In this document: piece after piece, positions 37,723 through 51,691 of the stretch | Layout of the letters: the number at the start of each line of letters is the position of its first letter | Numbering within the stretch: position 1 is the stretch's first letter | Source: Rhodanobacteraceae bacterium | GTDB lineage: Bacteria; Pseudomonadota; Gammaproteobacteria; Xanthomonadales; Rhodanobacteraceae | DNA: 64,000 bases | NCBI GenBank assembly: GCA_004299555.1 | Contig: SCQU01000028.1 | Span: 5,375 to 69,374 of the forward strand | Direction: 5' to 3' | Program-made: the position numbers and the translations under genes | Notes under the pieces: model-generated | Seen by the model: only the letters and a program-made list of their open reading frames with translations | What the model was told of the DNA's origin: nothing | Databases searched by the model: none

Positions 37723-38546
37723 TGCGAGTCATTGTCGGTGAGATGCGGGCCGGCCTGCAAGCGAGTCGTCTGCGCCTGGCGTGCCAGTTCGACGAAGCCC
37801 TTGGGTGGCACGCTTTCGGCGCGTGCGCCGGGATCAATGCCAGCGGCGCGTATGCCCTCGGCGCCGAGCACGCCGCGAAGCGCGTTGGTCAGCGTCTTGC
37901 GGCGCTGGCCGAAGGCGGCGCGGACCACGCGGTCGATGCTGTCGCTGAGCGCCGGATTCGGACGCCCGGCGGCCAGCGGAGTCAAGCGTACCAGAGCGGA
38001 TTCGACCTTCGGCGGCGGCCGGAACGCGCCGGGGGCCACATGCAGCAGCGGTTCGACCCTGCACGCAAGCTGCAGCATCACCGACAGGCGGCCGTAGATC
38101 TTGCTGCCCGGCGCCGCTGCCATGCGCTCGACGACTTCCTTCTGCAGCATGAAGTGCATGTCCTCGATCACCGCCGGGTACGCAAGGCAATGGAACAGGA
38201 TCGGGCTGGAGACGTAGTAGGGCAGGTTGCCCGCAAGCCGCAACCTGCCGCCGGCGGCGAGCGCAGCCAGGTCAACCTTCAGCACGTCGGCGTGGATGAT
38301 GTCGAGCTGGCCGATCCCCGCGGCGCGTTCGCGCAGCGGCTCGATGAGGTCCGCGTCGAGTTCGATGGCCGTCAGCTGCCCGGCCGCCTGCAGCAATGGC
38401 AGCGTGAGTGCGCCTTCGCCGGGCCCGATCTCGATGATGCGGTCGCGCGGTTGTGGCGCGATCGCGGCGACGATGCGTTCGATGACGCCGCGCTCGTGCA
38501 GGAAGTGCTGTCCGTAGGATTTCTTGGGGCGCGCGGACATCGGCAA
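37719..38546 (-). CDS. rsmA: 16S rRNA (adenine1518/1519-N6)-dimethyltransferase
   Basis: KKSYGQHFLHERGVIERIV, IEIGPGEGALT and GNLPYYVSSPILF are present. Confidence 0.9.
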   Translation of the reverse strand: MPMSARPKKSYGQHFLHERGVIERIVAAIAPQPRDRIIEIGPGEGALTLPLLQAAGQLTAIELDADLIEPLRERAAGIGQLDIIHADVLKVDLAALAAGGRLRLAGNLPYYVSSPILFHCLAYPAVIEDMHFMLQKEVVERMAAAPGSKIYGRLSVMLQLACRVEPLLHVAPGAFRPPPKVESALVRLTPLAAGRPNPALSDSIDRVVRAAFGQRRKTLTNALRGVLGAEGIRAAGIDPGARAESVPPKGFVELARQAQTTRLQAGPHLTDNDSQ

Positions 38547-39551
38547 TCAGCCGGCGGCGCGGCGGCTTGCCAGGCGCAGCGCCAGTTCGGCGGCGGCAAA
38601 CATGCTGGACGGATCGGCGCGCCCGGAGCCGGCGAGATCCAGCGCGGTACCGTGGTCAACCGAGGTGCGGATGAAAGGCAGGCCGAGCGTGATGTTGACG
38701 GTACGGTCGAAGGCTTCGGCCTTCAGCACCGGCAGGGCCTCGTCGTGGTACATCGCCAACACCGCGTCGTACCGCGCGCGCATGGCGGGCACAAAGGCGG
38801 TATCGGCGGGCAACGGCCCGATGAGCCGCATGCCCCCGGCGCGCAGGGTGTCCAGGGCCGGCGTGATGGTGTCGATTTCCTCGCGCCCGAGATAGCCGCC
38901 TTCGCCCGCGTGCGGGTTCAGCCCGAGTACCGCGATGCGCGGCGTGCTGATGCCGAATTTGGCGATCAACTCCGCATGCACGATGCGCAGCGTGCGCGTG
39001 AGCGAATCGCGGGTGATGGCCGCCGGAACCTCGCGCAACGGCAGGTGCGTGGTCGCCAGTGCGACCCGCAGGTCGTCGGATGCGAGCATCATGACCACCG
39101 CGCAGCCCGCGCGGCGCGCGAACAGTTCGGTGTGGCCGGTGAAATGTTCGCCGGCATCGTTGATGACGGATTTTTGTACCGGCGCGGTAACGACCGCGTC
39201 GAAACGGCCGTCCATGCAGCCATCGGCCGCCTGCGCCAGGGTGTTCAACACGTGGAACGCGTTGCGCGGATCCAGCTGGCCCGGCACTTCGGTGGTACGC
39301 AACGGCACCTCGAGCACGCGCAGGCTGCCTGCCGCGCGCAGGTGGCGCGGGTGGCCGTCGTCCGGTTCGATGTTCAACCCAAGGCTGCAGCGCCGCGCAG
39401 CGCGCTGCAGCAGGCCGGTGTCGCTGATGGCGACGAGGTCGGCGGCGATGGGTGATGCGGCCAGCCGCGCCACCAGCTCGGGGCCGACACCGGCCGGGTC
39501 ACCGCTGGTAATGGCGAGGCGCGGAAGGTGCGCGCCCGGCCCGGTCGTCAT
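38547..39551 (-). CDS. pdxA: 4-hydroxythreonine-4-phosphate dehydrogenase
   Basis: LAITSGDPAGVGPEL...FTGHTE...LNPHAGEGG...TSVDHGTA is present. Confidence 0.9.
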   Translation of the reverse strand: MTTGPGAHLPRLAITSGDPAGVGPELVARLAASPIAADLVAISDTGLLQRAARRCSLGLNIEPDDGHPRHLRAAGSLRVLEVPLRTTEVPGQLDPRNAFHVLNTLAQAADGCMDGRFDAVVTAPVQKSVINDAGEHFTGHTELFARRAGCAVVMMLASDDLRVALATTHLPLREVPAAITRDSLTRTLRIVHAELIAKFGISTPRIAVLGLNPHAGEGGYLGREEIDTITPALDTLRAGGMRLIGPLPADTAFVPAMRARYDAVLAMYHDEALPVLKAEAFDRTVNITLGLPFIRTSVDHGTALDLAGSGRADPSSMFAAAELALRLASRRAAG

Positions 39552-40975
39552 GGCGTGCTGTTGCTTGCCGCGTACGGGTTGGCATCGGCCAGCGCGGGTA
39601 CCCGGATGCTGATGTAGGCCGACGATTCAAGGCTGCGCAGGAACTGGTCGTACGCCTCACGGCCCTTGCGCTCGCCAATGGCTTCGCGCGCCTGCGCACG
39701 TTCGAGATCCTCGGTCTTGTCGGCCTGGCGCGTGCCGAGCAACTGGATGATGTGCCACGCGCCGTCCTGGCTCGCGAACGGCTGGCTCACCTGGCCCGGT
39801 TGCATGCTCGCCACGAGCTTGCCGATTCCGCTGCCCCATTCGTTCTGGGTGAACCAGCCCATGTCGCCGCCGTTGTTGGCGGTGGTGTTGTCATCCGAGT
39901 CGCGCTTGGCCAACGTAGCGAAATTGGCGCGACCCTCGACGAGCTCCTGGTACAGCTTCTGGATCTCGTTGTGGGCGTCCTGTTCGGTGACCGTCGCGCT
40001 TGGCTTGATTTCCAGGTGGCGCGCGTGGTACTCGGTAACGATCTGCTTTTCGCCTGGGGTGCGTTTGCCCTTCAGCTGCAAAATCGTGAACCCGGCGGCG
40101 TCACGCAGCGGCTGGGTGTACTGGTTGTCCTGCAACGGCGCGATGATCTGCTGCACCTGCGGCGGCAACTCGTCCACGCGCTGCCAGCCAAGGTCGCCGC
40201 CATCCAGCGCTTCGGGCGCGCTGGAATTGCTGACCGCCAGCGCGGCAAAGCTCTTGCCGGCCTTGAGCTCGCCCTCGATCTTGTCCGCCTTGGCCTGGGC
40301 CGCCGCGATCTGCGCGGCGCTGGCGCCGTCGGGCAGGCCGATCAGGATGCGCGCCAGATGTACTTCACCTTCCTTGAACGCGGGGCTGGCGATGAGGTTG
40401 TCGACCTCGGCATCGGATATCTGCACTTGCTGCTGCATGACCTGCTGCTGCAAGGCCTGCACCAGCAACCGGTCGCGCAGCTGCTCGCGGAATGCCGCGT
40501 AGTCCACGCCTTGCTGCTGCATGGCCGCCTGCATCTGCGGCAGGGTCATCTTGTTCTGCTTGGCGACCGCGGTCACCGCGGCGTCCAGCTGGTCATCGGA
40601 GATGCGTACGCCCTGGTCGTGCGCCTTCTGTACCAGCAGCTGGTTCACGATCAATCGTTGCAGCACCTGCTTGGCCAGCACGGTTTCCGGGGGCAGCTTG
40701 CCGCCGGACGCCTGGATCTGGTGCGCCACGGTACCCATGGTGGCGTTGAGTTGGCTTTGCAGGATCACGCCGTCGTTGACCACGGCAACGATCCGGTCAA
40801 GTGGCTGCACCTGGTCGGCTGTCGCCGCGCCGGGCGCGAGCATGGATTGCGGCTGCGCACTGCTGGTTGGCGGTGCGTTCGGGCTCAGGAGCTGTGCGGC
40901 TGCGGGTACGGCGAAGGCCGCGGCGGCGAGGGTCAGGGCCAGACTGGCGGCGAGGGAAGGCTTCATGTGGGTCAT
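39548..40975 (-). CDS. surA: Periplasmic chaperone / peptidyl-prolyl isomerase SurA
   Basis: The signal peptide ends at AAAFAVPAAAQ. An N-terminal chaperone domain is followed by two parvulin-like domains. It overlaps pdxA by 4 nt. Confidence 0.9.
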   Translation of the reverse strand: MTHMKPSLAASLALTLAAAAFAVPAAAQLLSPNAPPTSSAQPQSMLAPGAATADQVQPLDRIVAVVNDGVILQSQLNATMGTVAHQIQASGGKLPPETVLAKQVLQRLIVNQLLVQKAHDQGVRISDDQLDAAVTAVAKQNKMTLPQMQAAMQQQGVDYAAFREQLRDRLLVQALQQQVMQQQVQISDAEVDNLIASPAFKEGEVHLARILIGLPDGASAAQIAAAQAKADKIEGELKAGKSFAALAVSNSSAPEALDGGDLGWQRVDELPPQVQQIIAPLQDNQYTQPLRDAAGFTILQLKGKRTPGEKQIVTEYHARHLEIKPSATVTEQDAHNEIQKLYQELVEGRANFATLAKRDSDDNTTANNGGDMGWFTQNEWGSGIGKLVASMQPGQVSQPFASQDGAWHIIQLLGTRQADKTEDLERAQAREAIGERKGREAYDQFLRSLESSAYISIRVPALADANPYAASNSTP

Positions 40976-41190
40976 GGGTAACCAGGTTCAGGAGACGGCG
41001 CGCCAGGCGGCTGGCGACGCCGGATTGGACACGCCCGAGGCGGGAAAGTTGAATTGGGCAGGTAAAAAGAGGCTGATCGAAGCAGCTGTTGTGAAAAGTC
41101 AGGCCAAGGACGGCCGTTCTGATGTCTACGGCTTGGGGGCATGCTTGTCCAATTACCATCCATGTGCAGCGATCATGGACGCTTGCACAA

Positions 41191-43464
41191 TTATTGATAG
41201 CCAAGGATAGCATTGCGCAGGAACGCGCCGGTGTGCTGCCCGTAGGCACCGAGGCCCTTGAACTGGATTTCGAGCATGATGGCGTTGGTGCTATCGCCTT
41301 GGTAGTCGTACACGTAGCGCCGCGACAGCAGCCGCACCGCGGTGCAGCAGCTGTCCCATTCGACACCGGCAAAGGCGTCGAGCGAGTGCCGGTCGCGCAA
41401 CGAATAGGTGTAGCCGGCGACCAGCTTCCACGCCGCGCCGACGGGGATCTCGGTGGTCAGGTCGGCCTGTTCCAGCAAGCCGCGGCGGTAGCGATAGTCG
41501 AAGTTGACGATGCCATCGCCCCACAGGCGCCGTTGCAGGCCCACGGTGGATACGTCGGTTTCGTCGGTGTTGGGGTTCCATTGCTGGGAAGCGGTGAGGC
41601 GCCAGTTATCGTTCAGCGCGATGGTGAGGTTGGCCACGTAGTTGGAACCGGAATAGACCACTTCCGGGCCGCCCGGGCGCAGCGTCACCTTTTCGGGTTC
41701 GAAATAGCGGATCTGGCCGATGCTGGCCGACAACTTTTCCACGCCGTTCTGATCGAGAAAGCGCGTCGTCAATGCCAGCGACAGGTTGTCGGCGTTCATC
41801 TGGCGGTCGGCGCCGCTGAAACTGTTGGTGGTGAACAGCTGCCAGAAGTCGAACGTGAGCTGCTGGGTATCAAACAGCGGCAGGTCGTCCTGGTTGCGGT
41901 AGGGCACGCGCAGGAAATACGCGCGCGGTTCCAGGGTCTGGGTATAGTCCTGCCCGAACAGATGGACGTCGCGCTCGAAGATGAGGCCCGCGTCGACATC
42001 GAAGATCGGCGTGGTGCGCGTCGGGTGGGTGGGGTCGCCCGGCGCGACGGCCTGCGGCAGGTCATACGCGGTGTAGCGAACGCCGAGTTCCGGGCGTACG
42101 AACCACGCCGGCCCCTGCAACGGCCACGCGAGATACGGGAAAACGTCAAAGCGGTCGCCACCGATGCGATCGGGTTTTACAAAGCGCACGGCTTCCGTGT
42201 TCACGCCCCACTCCGGGCCGCTGAGGCCACCGATGGGCCGCTCGGCGTTGAAGTACACGCGCGGCAGGCGCCGGTAGGGTGCGGCCGAATCCGGGATGCC
42301 GGGCGTGACCACCTGGTACCAGTCGGCACCGGCGCCGGCGTTCCACCAGTTGCCCGAACCGCTGACGTAGGACGACGAGCCGAGCAGGGTGGCGCGTGAG
42401 GTGGCCATGTTTTCGCCGAAGTCCTGGAACCACGCGTTGTCGCTCGCGCGCTTGATCGAGGTGTTCCAGCGCAGGCCCAGCGGCAGCAGCGTCTGGTCGG
42501 TGAAGGTCAGGTAGCCGCGGTCGCGCCCCGCGACCTTGTCGTGCGGCATGTAGTTGACGTTCAACTCGCCCTGGCTGCTCGCGGTCAGGTAGCGGAACTG
42601 GCTGTCCAGCATCCCGCCGCGGTTGGCGTACCAGATGGGGGTGAAGGTGGCGTCGTAGTTGGGCGCGATGTTCCAGTAGAACGGGATCGAGAAGAATTCG
42701 CCGGCGCGGCTGCGGCTGCCGAATGCCGGGTACAGGAAACCCGTCTGCCGGCGGTCATCGATCGGGAAGCGCAGGTAGGGCAGCCACAGGAACGGCACGC
42801 CTTTCATGCGCATGACCACGTCGTGGGCGTGGCCGACGCCCGTGTCGCGGTTCATGGTCATGGTTTTGGCTTCGATCTCCCACACCCGGTGGTGCAGGTC
42901 GCAGGTCGAGTAGGTGACGTTGTGCAATTTGTTGCGATCCTGGTCCAGCATGATCGCCTGACTCGCGACACCATTGCCGCGTGAGGTCAGCAACTGGTAG
43001 CGGACGTTGTCGGCAACCCCGTATTCCGGATCGGTCGTGCCCCGCATGTTGTCGGCCGAAAACAACATGCCGCGCTCCTGGTACCGCACGTGCCCCTGGG
43101 CGGCGTACGCGGTGGTGTCGCGGTTGTAGGTCAGCGTGTCGGCGCGCAGCAGCTGGTCCAGGCGCTGGAGCGAGGTGTTGCCGCTGAGATGGAAGAGGTT
43201 GCTGTCGGGGCTGGTCAGGCGGTCGCCGTTGACTTCCGACGGGCTGGCGTCCCGGTTGCCGGTATTTGGCAGGCCGGGAACGTAAAAATTCAGCAGGTCG
43301 TTTTTCTTGCACAGGGCGAAGTCATTTTTCACCACCGGGCAGACAAACGCGCCCAGCGGGCAGATGTCCGCGCCTTGCTGTGCCAGCGCCATGCCGGGCG
43401 CGGCCGCCAGCGCGATCGCGAACGCCAGGGTACGCGGGGACAGCGGCAGTGATCGGCGCGACAC
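41191..43464 (-). CDS. lptD: LPS assembly outer-membrane protein LptD
   Basis: The GTG start at 43464 is preceded by GAGGAAA. The signal is ...AIALAAAPGMALAQQ. An OstA-like N-domain (LTYNRDTTAYAAQGHVRY) is followed by a large beta-barrel ending ...LGAYGQHTGAFLRNAILGYQ. Confidence 0.9.
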   Translation of the reverse strand: MSRRSLPLSPRTLAFAIALAAAPGMALAQQGADICPLGAFVCPVVKNDFALCKKNDLLNFYVPGLPNTGNRDASPSEVNGDRLTSPDSNLFHLSGNTSLQRLDQLLRADTLTYNRDTTAYAAQGHVRYQERGMLFSADNMRGTTDPEYGVADNVRYQLLTSRGNGVASQAIMLDQDRNKLHNVTYSTCDLHHRVWEIEAKTMTMNRDTGVGHAHDVVMRMKGVPFLWLPYLRFPIDDRRQTGFLYPAFGSRSRAGEFFSIPFYWNIAPNYDATFTPIWYANRGGMLDSQFRYLTASSQGELNVNYMPHDKVAGRDRGYLTFTDQTLLPLGLRWNTSIKRASDNAWFQDFGENMATSRATLLGSSSYVSGSGNWWNAGAGADWYQVVTPGIPDSAAPYRRLPRVYFNAERPIGGLSGPEWGVNTEAVRFVKPDRIGGDRFDVFPYLAWPLQGPAWFVRPELGVRYTAYDLPQAVAPGDPTHPTRTTPIFDVDAGLIFERDVHLFGQDYTQTLEPRAYFLRVPYRNQDDLPLFDTQQLTFDFWQLFTTNSFSGADRQMNADNLSLALTTRFLDQNGVEKLSASIGQIRYFEPEKVTLRPGGPEVVYSGSNYVANLTIALNDNWRLTASQQWNPNTDETDVSTVGLQRRLWGDGIVNFDYRYRRGLLEQADLTTEIPVGAAWKLVAGYTYSLRDRHSLDAFAGVEWDSCCTAVRLLSRRYVYDYQGDSTNAIMLEIQFKGLGAYGQHTGAFLRNAILGYQ

Positions 43465-43537
43465 GGGGTTTCCTCGAAAATAATTCGCGTACGCTAGCAG
43501 AACGCACCCGGTCCGTTGCGATCGCCGGGCTTGCGCT

Positions 43538-45355
43538 TCAGGCTGCGCGCGCCAGGGACAGGGGCGCACAACGGGCCTCCAGCCATGCCCGGTCGGCCGG
43601 ATCGTCCAGCAGCGGCGCAAGGCGTTCGCGCACGGTGGCGTGGTAGCCATCGAGCCAGGCGATTTCGCCGGCGTCGAGCAGCGACCGGTCGATCAGGCGG
43701 GTGTCGATCGGGCACAACGTCAGGGTCTCAAACTGCAGGAATTGGCCAAATTCACCGTCGCTGGCGGGCACGGTCGCCGCCAGGTTTTCAATGCGCACGC
43801 CGTGGCGGCCGGGCTTGTAGATGCCGGGCTCGATCGAGGTGATCATGCCGACGTCCAGCGGTTCGAGGTGGCTCGCCGAGCGGGGCGGCCGGATCGATTG
43901 CGGCCCTTCGTGGACGTTGAGGCAATAGCCGACGCCGTGACCGGTGCCGTGGCCATAGTCGATGCCCGCGGCCCAGATCGGCGCGCGCGCCAAGGCGTCC
44001 AGTTGCTGGCCCGACGCGCCGCGTGGAAACTTCGCGCGCGAGAGTGCGATCACGCCTTTCAGCACCAGCGTCACATCCCGGCGCTGTTCGGCGGTGGTTT
44101 CACCCAGCGCCCACATGCGGGTGATGTCGGTGGTGCCGCCAAGGTACTGCGCGCCGGAATCGATCAGCAGCATGGCCCTGGGCTGGAGTGCGGAGAACGA
44201 TTCCGGGGTGGCGGAGTAGTGCGGCATCGCGGCGTTGGCGGCGTAGGCGGCGATGGTCGAAAAGCTTTCGCTGACGAAGCCCGGCTGTTGCGCCCGCAGT
44301 TCGCGCAGCTTGGCATCGACGTCCAGCTCGGTGAGCTGGACGCCGGGCTTGATCGCGTCGTCGAGCCAGCGCGCGCCGCGCACCAGCGCCACGCCGTCGC
44401 GGCGCATGGCTTCGCGCACATGCGCAAGTTCCGCCGCGCCCTTGCGCGCCTTGGCGGCGCTGATGGGTCCGGCTGCTGCGACCCGTTCGACCGCCTCGGG
44501 AATGGCGTGCGCCACCGCGGCCGAGACCTGCGCCGGTGCGAGCAGCAATCGCGCGTCCGCCGGCAACCGGCCGAGCGCGTCGCTTACGGCGGCGTAGGGC
44601 GCGACGCGGACGCCGTCGGCAGCCAGCGCGGCTGTCAGCTTGGCGTCGAGCTTGCTGGCGTCGATGAACAGGGTCGCGCCGTCGGCGTCGATGAGGAGGT
44701 GGGACAGGAACACCGGGTTGTACTCGACGTCGCTGCCGCGCAGGTTCAGAACCCAGGCAATTTCGTCCAGCGCGGACACGATGTGGCAGGTTGCGCCGGC
44801 AGCCACCATGGCCTGGCGCACGGCGGCCAGTTTTTCGGCGCGGCGGTGGACCGCATAGTCGATGGGGTGCGCGTAGACCGGCGCGTGCGGCAACGGCGGA
44901 CGCGCGGTCCAAATCAAGGCCGGCAAATCATCCTCGGCCAGGCGTGCGCCCACCTCGGCCAGGTGTTTGCGCAGGCCGGTCTCGGCCGCCAGCGACAGCA
45001 TGTCGGCGGCGCAGGCGACGGCGTCGCCCGACTGCACCTTCGTGCACAGCCAGCCGACGTGTTCGGGCGTGTGCGGCGTGTTCAGCTTCATCAGTTCGAT
45101 ACCGCTGCCGGCGAGCTGGCGTTCGGCCTGCGAAAAATAGCGCGAGTCGGTCCACAGCCCGGCAAAATCCCGGGTGACGATCAGGGTGCCGGCCGAGCCG
45201 GTGAAGCCGGACAGCCAGCGGCGGGCGGTCCAGTGGGCGGGCAGGTACTCCGACAGGTGCGGATCGGCGGTGGGCACGATGCAGGCGGCGACGCCGCGTT
45301 GCTGCATCACGCCGCGCAGCGCGGCGATGCGTTCGGGGGTGCTGGCGAGGCTCAT
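43538..45355 (-). CDS. M24-family aminopeptidase P-like protein (about 605 aa)
   Basis: A creatinase/prolidase N-terminus (RIAALRGVMQQRGVAACIVPTADPHLSEY) is followed by the M24 metal ligands ...DSGAQYLGGTTDITR..., HGTGHGVG and SIEPG. Confidence 0.85.
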   Translation of the reverse strand: MSLASTPERIAALRGVMQQRGVAACIVPTADPHLSEYLPAHWTARRWLSGFTGSAGTLIVTRDFAGLWTDSRYFSQAERQLAGSGIELMKLNTPHTPEHVGWLCTKVQSGDAVACAADMLSLAAETGLRKHLAEVGARLAEDDLPALIWTARPPLPHAPVYAHPIDYAVHRRAEKLAAVRQAMVAAGATCHIVSALDEIAWVLNLRGSDVEYNPVFLSHLLIDADGATLFIDASKLDAKLTAALAADGVRVAPYAAVSDALGRLPADARLLLAPAQVSAAVAHAIPEAVERVAAAGPISAAKARKGAAELAHVREAMRRDGVALVRGARWLDDAIKPGVQLTELDVDAKLRELRAQQPGFVSESFSTIAAYAANAAMPHYSATPESFSALQPRAMLLIDSGAQYLGGTTDITRMWALGETTAEQRRDVTLVLKGVIALSRAKFPRGASGQQLDALARAPIWAAGIDYGHGTGHGVGYCLNVHEGPQSIRPPRSASHLEPLDVGMITSIEPGIYKPGRHGVRIENLAATVPASDGEFGQFLQFETLTLCPIDTRLIDRSLLDAGEIAWLDGYHATVRERLAPLLDDPADRAWLEARCAPLSLARAA

Positions 45356-45372
45356 GGTGGAATCTACGCTGA

Positions 45373-47172
<1,800 letters not shown>

Positions 47173-47341
47173 GGCTGTTCCATCTCCCTGCGGGAGCGCG
47201 GGTGCCCGCAGAGCCGGTGGGGGGGGTACGCCTGGGACGAAGTTTTCGAACGCACATGAATGACGGTTTCCGCAAGCTTTTGGCGGTCCGGGTCATCGGA
47301 TCCCCACCCCTGCCGGGCTCCCGCGACGGGGGGGGTTCAAC

Positions 47342-48184
47342 ATGAACCTCTGCGGTTTCAAGGCTGGCCTTGACCAGCCCTTCTTCCTGATCGCCGGTCC
47401 GTGCGTGGTCGAGTCCGAGCAGCTGCAGCTCGATGCCGCCGGTACCTTGAAGGAAATCACCGGCAGGCTCGGTATTCCCTTCATCTTCAAATCCAGCTTT
47501 GACAAGGCCAACCGCACGTCGATCAAGAGTTTTCGCGGCCTCGGAATGGAAGAAGGCCTGCGGATTCTCGGCGCGGTCAAACAGCAGATTGGCGTACCGG
47601 TACTGACCGACGTACACGAGTACACGCCGTTCGATGAGGTTGCCGAGGTCGTAGACGTCCTGCAGACGCCGGCGTTCCTGTGCCGGCAGACCGACTTCAT
47701 CCAGAAGGTCGCACGTGCCGGCCGGCCGGTCAACATCAAGAAGGGGCAGTTCCTGTCGCCGTGGGACATGCGCAACGTGGTCGACAAGGCGCGTGCAGCC
47801 GGCAACAACGACATCATGGTGTGCGAGCGTGGCGCGAGTTTCGGCTACAACAATCTGGTCTCGGACATGCGTTCGCTCAGCGTGATGCGGAATACCGGCT
47901 GTCCGGTGGTGTTTGATGCGACCCACTCGGTGCAGTTGCCGGGTGGCCAGGGGAACAAATCCGGCGGCCAGCGCGAGTTCGTGCCGGTGCTGGCGCGCGC
48001 CGCGGTGGCGGTGGGCGTCGCCGGTGTGTTCATGGAAACCCATCCGCGGCCCGATGAAGCCTTGTCGGACGGTCCCAATGCGTGGCCACTGGGGCAGATG
48101 GAAGCGTTGCTGGAGACGCTGAAGGAACTCGATGCGGTGACCAAGCGCGCCGGTTTCCTTGAAACCACGGAACGCAAACCCTGA
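47342..48184 (+). CDS. kdsA: 3-deoxy-8-phosphooctulonate synthase
   Basis: [12 protein letters not shown]..., [11 protein letters not shown] and [11 protein letters not shown] are present. Confidence 0.95.
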   Translation: MNLCGFKAGLDQPFFLIAGPCVVESEQLQLDAAGTLKEITGRLGIPFIFKSSFDKANRTSIKSFRGLGMEEGLRILGAVKQQIGVPVLTDVHEYTPFDEVAEVVDVLQTPAFLCRQTDFIQKVARAGRPVNIKKGQFLSPWDMRNVVDKARAAGNNDIMVCERGASFGYNNLVSDMRSLSVMRNTGCPVVFDATHSVQLPGGQGNKSGGQREFVPVLARAAVAVGVAGVFMETHPRPDEALSDGPNAWPLGQMEALLETLKELDAVTKRAGFLETTERKP

Positions 48185-48257
48185 CCCGCACCGAAGTCCA
48201 GTCGGCGCATGGGTCATTCCGGAACGGGCCGCAGGCCCGAGTCCGGGATCGGTTTGA

Positions 48258-49649
<1,392 letters not shown>

Positions 49650-49756
49650 TCGTGACATGCGGAAACCGCGGCGCGGCCGCCGGGTGCGCAAGCACGGTCG
49701 GTTGCGGGACGCCGGCATGCTGAGCGCCGGGCGCGGCAGGTTGGGCAGAGGTTCTC

Positions 49757-50095
49757 ATGCTTAAGTGGCTGGCACTGGCCCTGATCGCCTTGTTGATTGC
49801 CTTGCAGGTCAAGCTGTGGGTGGGCGATGGCGGCATGCGGGACTTGCGCGCGATCCGCGCGCGCGTGACCGCGCAGCAGGCCGAGAACGTCAGGCTGGGT
49901 CAACGCAATGACGCGCTGCACGCCGACGTGGAAGACCTGAAGCACGGGCGGGACGCGGTCGAAGCGCGCGCGCGGTCGCAGCTGGGCCTCATCAAGCCGG
50001 GTGAGGTGTTTTACCAGGTCGTCACGCCGCCCGCCGGTGCGGCGAGCGGCGCGATGCCGGCCGCATCGACGGCGCCGGCAGCGTCCGGCCCCTGA
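49757..50095 (+). CDS. ftsB: Cell division protein FtsB
   Basis: An N-terminal TM segment (MLKWLALALIALLIALQVKLW) is followed by a coiled coil and ARSQLGLIKPGEVFYQV. Confidence 0.85.
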   Translation: MLKWLALALIALLIALQVKLWVGDGGMRDLRAIRARVTAQQAENVRLGQRNDALHADVEDLKHGRDAVEARARSQLGLIKPGEVFYQVVTPPAGAASGAMPAASTAPAASGP

Positions 50096-50212
50096 ATCGC
50101 GCGAGCTGCAAACCGCGCTGGCGGAGTGGAGGCCGGCGTGGCGTGGCGGGTGATCGGCTAAACTGTGCGTCTGCGCGCGCGGCGCGTTCCGGTGACAGGG
50201 TTGGATTTCGCG

Positions 50213-51007
50213 ATGCGGGTGCTGCTCAGCAACGATGATGGCGTGGATGCACCCGGTATCCGCGTGCTCGCCGGGCGCCTGCAACAGTTGGGCGAAGTCA
50301 TCGTGGTGGCGCCGGACCGCGACCGCTCGGGCGCCAGCAATTCCTTGACCCTGGATGCGCCGGTACGCGTCACCCGCCTCGACGATGGCCGCTACCGCGT
50401 GGCCGGCACCCCCACCGACTGCGTCCACCTGGCGCTGTCGGGCCTGCTGCCGGCCGAGCCCGACATCGTGGTGTCCGGCATCAACAATTCGGCCAATCTT
50501 GGTGACGATGTGATTTATTCAGGCACCGTGTCGGCGGCGATGGAGGGGCGTTTTCTGGGGCTTCCGGCGATCGCGGTGTCGCTGGCGGGGCCTGGCGAAC
50601 ATCACGACGGCAACGGCCACCACTTTGACTCTGCCGCGCGTGCGGTGCTGTTGTTGACGCGGCGCCTGCTGGTCGACCCGCTGCCTGCTGACACCATCCT
50701 CAACGTCAACGTGCCCGACCGTCCGTGGCAAGACATCCGCGGGTTCGAGGTCAGCCGCCTGGGCAGCCGCCGGCGCTCCGCGCCGTGCGTGCCGCAGCGG
50801 GATCCGCGCGGGCGCACGGTGTGGTGGATCGGCCCGGCCGGCGATGCCGCCGACGCTGGTCCCGGTACCGACTTTGACGCGGTGCGGCGCGGGTTTGTAT
50901 CGGTGACGCCGATCCACGTCGATCTCACGCGCTTCCAGGCGCTGGAGAAGGTTTCCAACTGGGTGGCGGGGTTGAGCGCTGCGATGCAGGAGGCGCCGGC
51001 CGCATGA
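50213..51007 (+). CDS. surE: 5'/3'-nucleotidase SurE
   Basis: [19 protein letters not shown]...[14 protein letters not shown]...[24 protein letters not shown] is present. Confidence 0.9.
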   Translation: MRVLLSNDDGVDAPGIRVLAGRLQQLGEVIVVAPDRDRSGASNSLTLDAPVRVTRLDDGRYRVAGTPTDCVHLALSGLLPAEPDIVVSGINNSANLGDDVIYSGTVSAAMEGRFLGLPAIAVSLAGPGEHHDGNGHHFDSAARAVLLLTRRLLVDPLPADTILNVNVPDRPWQDIRGFEVSRLGSRRRSAPCVPQRDPRGRTVWWIGPAGDAADAGPGTDFDAVRRGFVSVTPIHVDLTRFQALEKVSNWVAGLSAAMQEAPAA

Positions 51008-51684
51008 ACACGCTCTATGGTGCGGCGGCGGTTTCCGCGCGCGGGCGCGGCCTCACGTCACAACGTGCGCGCGACCGCCTGGTGGCGACCCTGCGCGCGC
51101 AGGGCATCCGCGACCCGCGGGTGCTTGACGTGATCCGCAGCACGCCGCGCCACCTGTTCATTGACGAAGCGCTCTCCGCGCGCGCGTATGAGAACACCGC
51201 ATTGCCCATCGGCCTCGATCAGACCATTTCGCAGCCGTGGGTCGTCGCAAGGATGACCGAATTGCTGATTGAGTACGGTGCGCCCAAGCGCGTGCTCGAA
51301 ATCGGCACGGGCTCGGGCTATCAGGCAGCGGTACTGGCGCAGTTGGTCGACACGCTCTACACCGTCGAGCGCATCGAGGAACTGCTGCGCAAGGCGCGTC
51401 GCGTGTTTCGCAACCTGAAGCTCGAAAACATCCGTTCGCGTCACGATGACGGCAACATCGGCTGGGCGGCCGAGGCCCCATTCGACGCCATCGTGTTGAC
51501 GGCAGCCGGCGAGTCGGTGCCGCGGGCGCTGGTTGATCAGGTCGCCGATGGCGGCGCCCTCGTCGCGCCGCTCGGGCCTCCCGGCACGCAGCGGCTGCTC
51601 AGGTTCCGGCGCCACGGCAACGACTGGCAGCGCGAGGAACTCGAAGCCGTGAGTTTCGTACCGTTGCTCGGCGGACTCGGGTAG
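51004..51684 (+). CDS. pcm: Protein-L-isoaspartate O-methyltransferase
   Basis: [21 protein letters not shown] and [16 protein letters not shown] are present. An ATGA overlap links it to surE. Confidence 0.9.
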   Translation: MNTLYGAAAVSARGRGLTSQRARDRLVATLRAQGIRDPRVLDVIRSTPRHLFIDEALSARAYENTALPIGLDQTISQPWVVARMTELLIEYGAPKRVLEIGTGSGYQAAVLAQLVDTLYTVERIEELLRKARRVFRNLKLENIRSRHDDGNIGWAAEAPFDAIVLTAAGESVPRALVDQVADGGALVAPLGPPGTQRLLRFRRHGNDWQREELEAVSFVPLLGGLG

Positions 51685-51691
51685 CCGCCGG